Source of the DNA: Sulfurimonadaceae bacterium
GTDB taxonomy: Bacteria; Campylobacterota; Campylobacteria; Campylobacterales; Sulfurimonadaceae
Reading direction: 5' to 3'
Length of the DNA stretch: 21,723 nucleotides
NCBI GenBank assembly: GCA_041548245.1
Contig: JBFESZ010000030.1
Span: 1 to 21,723 of the forward strand
Position 1 is the first letter of the stretch. Each line of letters begins with the position of its first letter. Below, in pieces: positions 14,877 to 21,723 of the stretch. Both the position numbers and the translations under genes were made by a program. Below the pieces are notes generated by a model, which was given only the letters and a program-made list of their open reading frames with translations, did not search any database and was not told the origin of the DNA.

Positions 14877-17240
14877 CTACTCTAACAACTCCAAGGCATC
14901 TTTGCTCAATGCAGCCCATGCTGAGTTAGCATCTGATTCGATACTCATCTCATAAGCTCTCTTCGCCTCCTCGTTTTTCTTCTCTTTCATTAAAAGCGAT
15001 CCCAGCATATACTGTACACGAGATTTTTCATCGGCTCTAAGTTCTCGTTTGCTTAGTTCGTTCAAAAGTCTTAGTTGCTCTTTCTCTTTTTTCTGAGCTC
15101 TTAAAACCTGAAGTGCGGCAAACTCCACAAATGGCGATTGCGAATAGCTCTTAGTCTGTTCTTGAAGTGCCATAACATTGGCCGCATATGTTTGTATGAT
15201 GATGTCATCATGCTCTTTTAAGCCCAGTTTGACCATACTCACGTAGATCTCGATATCATCATAAGTTCTTCCTCTTCGTCTCTCCAACTCTTTGGCTATT
15301 TCGATCATCTTTTGAGTATTCTTCATTCTTTCATACGCAAAAAAAGCATCTTGCAGAATATCATCGTATGCTGAGCTCTTCTGCAAATCGGAAAGTGTGA
15401 TTACGTCGCCTGCGACCTTCGTCAACTCCTCATACTCTCCCGCCTTGTTCAGTGTTTTTGCATACCTATACAACCATACAAGACGCTTGTCTCTATCTTT
15501 AAGATGATTCGTCGCTGTCTTTTTTGCCAGGGTATAATTTCCCGTCTTAAAAGCACACTCATAAAGGCTTTCATCAAACTTCTTCTCAAGTGTGAGGTTA
15601 TATTCATCGCTTAGCGCTATCGCTTTCGCACATTCGCCTTTTTCAAGTGTCTCGAGAGCGAGTGCTTTTGCGGATGTCTGTTCAAGCTCAAAATACCCTA
15701 CTTCATTTTCAACACCGCTACCATGCATATCCAAGACGGATTGATACGCTTTCTCTTTAAAGTACAGCCTTGCCTTTTGCAGACGTGCTTTTTGTCCCAA
15801 TTCTTGATTCTCATATTTCTGCTCAAGAGCCTCGTACTCGCTAATTAGAGCCGTTGCATTGGCATCCTCTGGAGTATAAAAGAGTGCGTCCAGGGCTTCT
15901 TGTACTTCCGCCGAATATTCACTCTCTCCATAAAGCTTCTGATATCTTGTCAAAGCTTCATAAGCTGCTGGTTTGTCTTCAAGCTCACTTAACCATATAC
16001 CGATATCCTTAGTCATCTCTTCATATGATTCATTGGCTTGAGGCAGATGCTCTGTCATCCCTACTAAGATATCAACTGCCTCACGTTTCTTGCCCCGGTT
16101 GGCTAGTGCTCGTGCTATATCATAGTTTCTATCCAGGTCATGTAGCAGGTATTTTGAATTACCTTCGACTATCTTACTGTAGAGTTCAGCCGCTCTGTCC
16201 ATGTCACCTTTTTCTAAGCTCAATTTAGCCAGACGGACAGCTGCCATAGAGGCGATTTCAATGTCGCTTGTATTATAAAGCGCCTGTTCAAAATAGTTCT
16301 CAGCAAGTTTTTGCTTTCCACTTGAGATATACTGATCACCCAGATAAATCATACCTAATGAGGCGAACTTTGATTTTGGATGTTCTTTGAACAAACGTTC
16401 ATAAAAGTAGCTTGCATCTGACTGCATTCCGACACCTGAATAGGCATTAGCGGTATAGGCCAGGACCTCTGCCATATTGACATCATCAGAATACTCACGG
16501 ATATACTCTTTTGAGGCATTAATAAGATCTTCCCCCTGATCAGTATGATGAAATCCCCGCATTTTATACAATAGAAGTTCTGCTTTAAAGATCGTATGTG
16601 GAAATCGTTTCAATAGAGCATCCACGTCTTTCGCCAATTGGTCATAATTACCAGACTCATATTCACTCTTAATACGCATATAGGCACTGACGTCGTTTAT
16701 TTTGTCCAGTTTAATAGGACGACCTGATATATCAAGCGCACCTACACCTGGCATCGCAACCTCAGACATCTCTATTGGAAAATTGATACCTAATGGAGGG
16801 CGCGTTTCTGGTGATATGAGTGGCAGCTTTTTTGCATAACCGATTATCATCCAATGCTTTGAGATATCTGTCTGCGAAAAAGGGTGAATCTTGCCTTTTT
16901 CATATAGGGTATAGGCTATAGGAAAGGCTTGAATCTTTTGAATTGGATAAATTCTGACATAGTATTTCCCACTCTTCTCAAAAGAGTCTATCGTAAAAAA
17001 GTTCGTTGTCATAGTTTCAAACTTCTCTTTTGGTTCACGCGGGAAGACGCACTGTATCTGCTTTATCTCGTCAAACTCATTTTTTTCACTCAAACATTTG
17101 AAAGGCATCTCTTCTTTGATATGAACGGTGGAAAAGTTTTCACCTTCGTCACGTCCGACATTGATGGTTAATGTTAAAGAGAATAAAGGAAAAAAAAGAG
17201 AGGAGAGAGGGAAGAGAAGTAGTGCTAATCGTTTTAACAA
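14877..17240 (-). CDS. pflA: Large periplasmic TPR protein, PflA-like (paralysed flagellum protein A)
   Basis: About 790 aa with signal peptide, beta-rich N-domain, VGALDI motif and many TPR-like helices. Sits directly after nuoN as pflA does in C. jejuni (from recall). Likely start TTG 17240 after GGGAGAG; ORF track starts at 17267. Confidence 0.7.
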   Translation of the reverse strand: MLKRLALLLFPLSSLFFPLFSLTLTINVGRDEGENFSTVHIKEEMPFKCLSEKNEFDEIKQIQCVFPREPKEKFETMTTNFFTIDSFEKSGKYYVRIYPIQKIQAFPIAYTLYEKGKIHPFSQTDISKHWMIIGYAKKLPLISPETRPPLGINFPIEMSEVAMPGVGALDISGRPIKLDKINDVSAYMRIKSEYESGNYDQLAKDVDALLKRFPHTIFKAELLLYKMRGFHHTDQGEDLINASKEYIREYSDDVNMAEVLAYTANAYSGVGMQSDASYFYERLFKEHPKSKFASLGMIYLGDQYISSGKQKLAENYFEQALYNTSDIEIASMAAVRLAKLSLEKGDMDRAAELYSKIVEGNSKYLLHDLDRNYDIARALANRGKKREAVDILVGMTEHLPQANESYEEMTKDIGIWLSELEDKPAAYEALTRYQKLYGESEYSAEVQEALDALFYTPEDANATALISEYEALEQKYENQELGQKARLQKARLYFKEKAYQSVLDMHGSGVENEVGYFELEQTSAKALALETLEKGECAKAIALSDEYNLTLEKKFDESLYECAFKTGNYTLAKKTATNHLKDRDKRLVWLYRYAKTLNKAGEYEELTKVAGDVITLSDLQKSSAYDDILQDAFFAYERMKNTQKMIEIAKELERRRGRTYDDIEIYVSMVKLGLKEHDDIIIQTYAANVMALQEQTKSYSQSPFVEFAALQVLRAQKKEKEQLRLLNELSKRELRADEKSRVQYMLGSLLMKEKKNEEAKRAYEMSIESDANSAWAALSKDALELLE

Positions 17241-17260
17241 ATCTCTCTCCCTATAAAGTT

Positions 17261-17274
17261 CCCGCAAGAGCGGG
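17261..17274 (-). terminator. Short GC hairpin after nuoN
   Basis: CCCGC-AAGA-GCGGG, 7 nt after the nuoN stop. Only a weak U-tract follows. Confidence 0.4.
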
Positions 17275-17281
17275 GGATGTC

Positions 17282-18781
17282 TTAATATCCGCTATTATAC
17301 ACCATTCCAGCAACAAATTCCATCAACGGACTTACTGCTACAACAGAAGCGATTGTAAATACAGCCGCTGTACCGATAACTGTCTTAAGTACATTTGATG
17401 AGTTCACCATATAGTCATTTTGACCTACAGGTTCTTTCATAAACATATAGACAATAATCTTAACATAATAATAAGCAGCCACTGCCGAGTTCAGCGCCAT
17501 GATAAGCGCTAGTACAAGGTAATCACCTGTCACAGCTGCAGCAATTAAATAGAGTTTACCCCAGAACATAGCAAACGGAGGGATACCAGCCAAGCTCAAC
17601 ATAAACAGAGCAATCATAACAGCGCTGAACGGAGATGTTTTGATCATACCTGAGAACTTCTCAAAGGCATCATCAGACTCACTATCATGCTTCTTCTGGT
17701 GTGTTATCCATAGCATTGCGAATGCACCAAGGTTAGCAAACGCGAAAAGTGTCCAATATACAAAAAGTGCAGAATTAGCATGTGTAGTACCGATCAGTAC
17801 CGCTGCCATCACAAAACCTGCATGTGAAATAGAAGAGTAACCCAGCATACGTTTCGCATCTTTTTGAACCAGTGCCCAAACATTCGCCATAGTCATTGTC
17901 AGTACCACGATCGTGTACAACATGATCTCAATCCAAACAACACCTGTTGACATCAAAAACTCGAAAATACGTACAGCAACAACAAATGCTGCAAGTTTTG
18001 GAACGATTGACATGAAACCTGCCAATGCTGCTGTTGAGCCCTGATACACATCCGGTGTCCATGTGTGAAATGGGACTAGACCCAATTTGAATGCAAATGC
18101 TGAGAGCAAGAATACCGTTGCTACGATGACAAAAACCATGTTAGCCGAATCAATTCCATTTGCCGTCAATGTATTTGCAATAACACCAATCTCTACTGAA
18201 CCGGAGAGTGCATATAGGATCATTGAGCCAAACGCAAACAGACCAGCTGCCAATGCACCCATCGTAAAGTACTTCGCTGCTGCCTCAAAAGAGTTACGTT
18301 TACCATGCATAGCAATCAATGGATAAAGCGCTAGAGATGAAGTCTCTAAGCCTACAAACACCAAGATAAGGTTATCTGTTGCTACCATAAACTGAAGGCC
18401 GGCAATCATGAACATAAAGAGTGCAAAATATTCACCATATCTATACTCTTGAAAGCGCTGTTTTGTCAATGCTAAAAGAATAAAAAGCATAGAAGCAACA
18501 ATCATAATGATCTGAGCAAGAATAGCGATTCCATCCATCAACATAACGTCAAAGAAACCGCGTACTGCACCGGTCATCTCAAAGACGCCGACAAAGTCTA
18601 ATACTGCACCAAGATCAAGTGCAAGGAAAAGAAGAGTGATCATTACATACACACTCTTATCAAGACCCGATTTAATCAGATCAATACAAAGAATAAAAAG
18701 TGCTCCCACGATAGCAATAAGCATCGGATAGAGCGTAGGCATATTTAAAGAGGCAAAACTCACATTGACTGCTTCTAACAT
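17282..18781 (-). CDS. nuoN: NADH-quinone oxidoreductase subunit N
   Basis: Highly hydrophobic, with LETSSL, EAAAKYF, FKLGLVPFH.WTPDVY.G, KRMLGYSSISHAG and SLAGIPP...FWGK. Confidence 0.97.
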   Translation of the reverse strand: MLEAVNVSFASLNMPTLYPMLIAIVGALFILCIDLIKSGLDKSVYVMITLLFLALDLGAVLDFVGVFEMTGAVRGFFDVMLMDGIAILAQIIMIVASMLFILLALTKQRFQEYRYGEYFALFMFMIAGLQFMVATDNLILVFVGLETSSLALYPLIAMHGKRNSFEAAAKYFTMGALAAGLFAFGSMILYALSGSVEIGVIANTLTANGIDSANMVFVIVATVFLLSAFAFKLGLVPFHTWTPDVYQGSTAALAGFMSIVPKLAAFVVAVRIFEFLMSTGVVWIEIMLYTIVVLTMTMANVWALVQKDAKRMLGYSSISHAGFVMAAVLIGTTHANSALFVYWTLFAFANLGAFAMLWITHQKKHDSESDDAFEKFSGMIKTSPFSAVMIALFMLSLAGIPPFAMFWGKLYLIAAAVTGDYLVLALIMALNSAVAAYYYVKIIVYMFMKEPVGQNDYMVNSSNVLKTVIGTAAVFTIASVVAVSPLMEFVAGMVYNSGY

Positions 18782-20385
18782 TAGTGACCTCCTTCAGAGT
18801 GATGAGCCGGTGCGGCATGCTTCTTTACTGGAGCTGCTGCAACGATTTTTTCTTTTTCTGCATACGGATCAGAGATCATAGCACGTGCTGCATCCGTACC
18901 CATCTCCGTATTCACTTTTTGATACATGATATTAAGTACGTTTTCACGTACTGATTTATCAATAGGATCGAGAATTGGCTTTGGATATACACCCAACCAG
19001 ATCGCAATGATCAAGAGTGGAACAAGACCATACAGTTCTGTTCTGTTTACATCCGGAAGATTTTCATTCTCTTTCTTCGTCACATTACCAAAGAATGCTT
19101 TTTTATACGCAGAAAGCATATAGATAGCACCAACAATAATCGCTGTACCAGCAATAAGTGCATACATCAATGACACTTTATAAAGGCCTAAAAGTGACAA
19201 GAACTCACCTATGAAGTTGATCGTCAATGGAAGTCCGACAGAGGCCATCATCATAATTCCAAAGATTGTCGCATAGCGAGGCATTACAGAAGCCAAACCG
19301 CCGAACTCGCTCATCAGCTTTGTATGACGTCTGTCATAAATCACACCGACAAGCAAGAACAGAGCGCCTGAGACGATACCGTGACCAATCATCAAGAAGA
19401 TCGAACCAGAGATACCTTCAATATTCATTGCGAACGTACCAAGAACGATAACACCCATATGCGATACAGAAGAGTAGGCAACAACCTGCTTGATATCCTC
19501 TTGCGCATAGGCCACCATCGCCGTATAGATAATCATAATGACTGAAAGCACTACGATCAAAGGTATAAAGAACACTGATGCATCCGGGAACATCGGAAGG
19601 GACATACGTACAAAACCGTATGTACCCATTTTAAGAAGTACGGCCGCAAGGATTACAGAACCGATAGTAGGTGCTTGACCATGAGCATACGGCAACCATG
19701 TATGAAACGGGAACATCGGTACCTTGATTGCGAAACCAAGGAAGAATGCCGCAAACAGCCACAGCTGATATCCCTCTGGAAGAACCACTCTGTACCATTC
19801 AGTAATTGAGAACGACCAGTTACCTGTCGCTTGTTGATACAGATATGCCATAAAGATCATACCAACGAGCATGACCAACGAACCTGTAAACGTATACAGA
19901 AAGAACTTCACAGCAGCATAAACACGCTTTGGGCCACCCCATGCACCCACCAGGTACAGCATTGGGACAAGTGAAAGCTCCCAGAAGAGGTAGAATACAA
20001 TAGCATCAAGTGAAGCAAATACACCAATCATTGTCATCTCTAAGCCTAAAAGGGTAATGATCATGTTTTTAACATTACGTGTCTCAGTCAATGAGGCAAT
20101 ACCGATAAAAGTTACAAGTGTCGACATAATGATGATGAAAAGTGAGATACCATCAATACCCAGCTGATAGTTAATTCCAAAGGCAGGAATCAAGGCTGCC
20201 ATCTCTACAAACTGGAAACCACCGTTAGTCGCATCAAATGCGTACCATAACCACAGAGAAAGAGCGAACTCGATCCCTGAAACCGCAATACCATAGGCAC
20301 GGATTGATTCTTTGTTTACCATGAAACCAAGAACACCCGCAACTAATGGAAAAAAGATTAATATTGATAAGATATGATCAATCAT
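18781..20385 (-). CDS. nuoM: NADH-quinone oxidoreductase subunit M
   Basis: GIDGIS, FWEL.LVPM, AIKVPMFPFHTWLP.AH.QAPT.GS, LLKMG.YG, AYSSVSHMG and FIGEFL. TAATG overlap with nuoN. Confidence 0.97.
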   Translation of the reverse strand: MIDHILSILIFFPLVAGVLGFMVNKESIRAYGIAVSGIEFALSLWLWYAFDATNGGFQFVEMAALIPAFGINYQLGIDGISLFIIIMSTLVTFIGIASLTETRNVKNMIITLLGLEMTMIGVFASLDAIVFYLFWELSLVPMLYLVGAWGGPKRVYAAVKFFLYTFTGSLVMLVGMIFMAYLYQQATGNWSFSITEWYRVVLPEGYQLWLFAAFFLGFAIKVPMFPFHTWLPYAHGQAPTIGSVILAAVLLKMGTYGFVRMSLPMFPDASVFFIPLIVVLSVIMIIYTAMVAYAQEDIKQVVAYSSVSHMGVIVLGTFAMNIEGISGSIFLMIGHGIVSGALFLLVGVIYDRRHTKLMSEFGGLASVMPRYATIFGIMMMASVGLPLTINFIGEFLSLLGLYKVSLMYALIAGTAIIVGAIYMLSAYKKAFFGNVTKKENENLPDVNRTELYGLVPLLIIAIWLGVYPKPILDPIDKSVRENVLNIMYQKVNTEMGTDAARAMISDPYAEKEKIVAAAPVKKHAAPAHHSEGGH

Positions 20386-20386
20386 T

Positions 20387-21723
20387 CTAGTGTCCTAATA
20401 ATTTCATAATTGCATCGGCATTGCTTACAACACCGATAAATACAGCTGCAGATACAAGAAGTGCAACCAGACCGACAACCATCCATTTAAGCATAGATGA
20501 TAAATTACCATCTTGCATTGTATGCGTTGACTTACCTGTTCCGTAGAATACATTTGCAATGCCATCAACCGTAGCATCCACAACAGTATTATCTACTTTC
20601 CACATCATCTTAGAGAGTTCGGCATATGGCTTGGCAAGAACTTCGTCATAAATTTTTGGAATATAATATTGATTAAACAGAAGTTGGTAAAAGAAACCTG
20701 ACTCAACTTTCTTATCAATCTTGGCATTCTCATATTTTCTATAGGCATATACAATAGCAGCAATGACAAAGAGTTGTGTACCGATAGTCATAACCCAGTA
20801 TGTCACTGCTGAATGAACATGGTACTCACCTGCCGGTAGCATGGCTGTAACCATCTCATAATACGTACCCTTAAATAGGAAACCAGCGATGATAGCAAGA
20901 ACAAGCAGTGGACTCATCGCCACTAACATATACTTGTACGCTTCATGCGGATGGAAACCGAACAGTTTGTAACGCTCTTCACCGTGGAAGATAAGTGCCA
21001 CAAGACGGAACGAATAGAACGCTGTTAAACCGGCAGTCAATAAAAGCACCGTATAAAGAATCGGATGATGCTCTACAAATGCAACCTCTAAGATAAGGTC
21101 TTTAGAGAAGAAACCTGCAAACGGGAAGATACCTGCAAGTGCTACCGATGCAAGAGTCATCATGATAAATGTCCCTTTCATCGCCTTGCGCAACCCACCC
21201 ATTTTAAACGGATCAAGCTCGTCATCCATCGCGTGCATAACGTTACCTGCACCTAGGAAAAGAAGTGCTTTAAAGAAGGCATGTGCCATAAGGTGGAACA
21301 ATGCGACCCAGTATGCACCCAGACCAGCTGCAACGAACATGTATCCAAGCTGAGAAAGTGTAGAGTATGCGATTATACGTTTCATATCACGGTTGACCAG
21401 TGCCATAGTTGCTGCAAACATCGCGACAAAAGCACCAAGACTAGCGATGAACAGACCCACATCAGGGATCAGGTCATACATTGGGTTCATACGAACAACA
21501 AGGTATACACCGGCTGTAACCATCGTAGCAGCATGAATAAGCGCTGATACCGGAGTAGGACCTTCCATCGCATCTGCAAGCCATGTATGAAGCGGAAACT
21601 GCGCTGATTTACCCATAGCACCGACAAACAGGAAGATACCCGCAGCTGTCATTACATCGTGGTTAAGTGCTGTAATACCCGCAAAAATGCCATCATACTG
21701 AAGTGTACCCAGGTTCCAGTAAA
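20387..21723 (-). CDS. nuoL: NADH-quinone oxidoreductase subunit L (5' end outside window)
   Basis: GKSAQFPLHTWL.DAMEGPTPVSALIHAATMV, KRIIAYSTLSQLG and HAFFKALLFL. The frame stays open past 21652 to the window edge (YWNLGTLQYDGIF). Confidence 0.97.
   Translation of the reverse strand, partial: YWNLGTLQYDGIFAGITALNHDVMTAAGIFLFVGAMGKSAQFPLHTWLADAMEGPTPVSALIHAATMVTAGVYLVVRMNPMYDLIPDVGLFIASLGAFVAMFAATMALVNRDMKRIIAYSTLSQLGYMFVAAGLGAYWVALFHLMAHAFFKALLFLGAGNVMHAMDDELDPFKMGGLRKAMKGTFIMMTLASVALAGIFPFAGFFSKDLILEVAFVEHHPILYTVLLLTAGLTAFYSFRLVALIFHGEERYKLFGFHPHEAYKYMLVAMSPLLVLAIIAGFLFKGTYYEMVTAMLPAGEYHVHSAVTYWVMTIGTQLFVIAAIVYAYRKYENAKIDKKVESGFFYQLLFNQYYIPKIYDEVLAKPYAELSKMMWKVDNTVVDATVDGIANVFYGTGKSTHTMQDGNLSSMLKWMVVGLVALLVSAAVFIGVVSNADAIMKLLGH

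Overview
Chromosomal window from a Campylobacterota bacterium, probably Sulfurimonas/Sulfurovum-like. The assignment is inferred from the nuoL-M-N-pflA order, the ybaB-PDZ-ispA-tkt block and TGnTATAAT promoters. Most genes are on the minus strand. From right to left: 3' end of the nuo operon (nuoL partial, nuoM, nuoN), a PflA-like TPR protein, a glutathione-peroxidase-family gene, a thioredoxin-like [2Fe-2S] ferredoxin, panD, ybaB, a PDZ protein, ispA, tkt, nhaA, a SpoU/TrmH methylase, a plus-strand thioredoxin/monoheme cytochrome c pair, a short HPF/RaiA and yaaA. Next comes a four-gene cyclic-nucleotide operon (secreted FecR-domain protein, CHASE2 class III adenylate cyclase, GAF-HD-GYP, class II cNMP phosphodiesterase), directly upstream of the tRNA-Thr/tRNA-Tyr promoter. 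That operon is the best candidate for a novel system: it looks like a self-contained circuit in which a periplasmic signal produces cAMP, cAMP controls a cyclic-dinucleotide phosphodiesterase through a cNMP-type GAF domain, and a dedicated PDE resets it. A second notable item is a possible dual-start (exported plus cytoplasmic) peroxidase. No mobile element or CRISPR array was seen. All calls come from motif recognition by eye; no searches were run.
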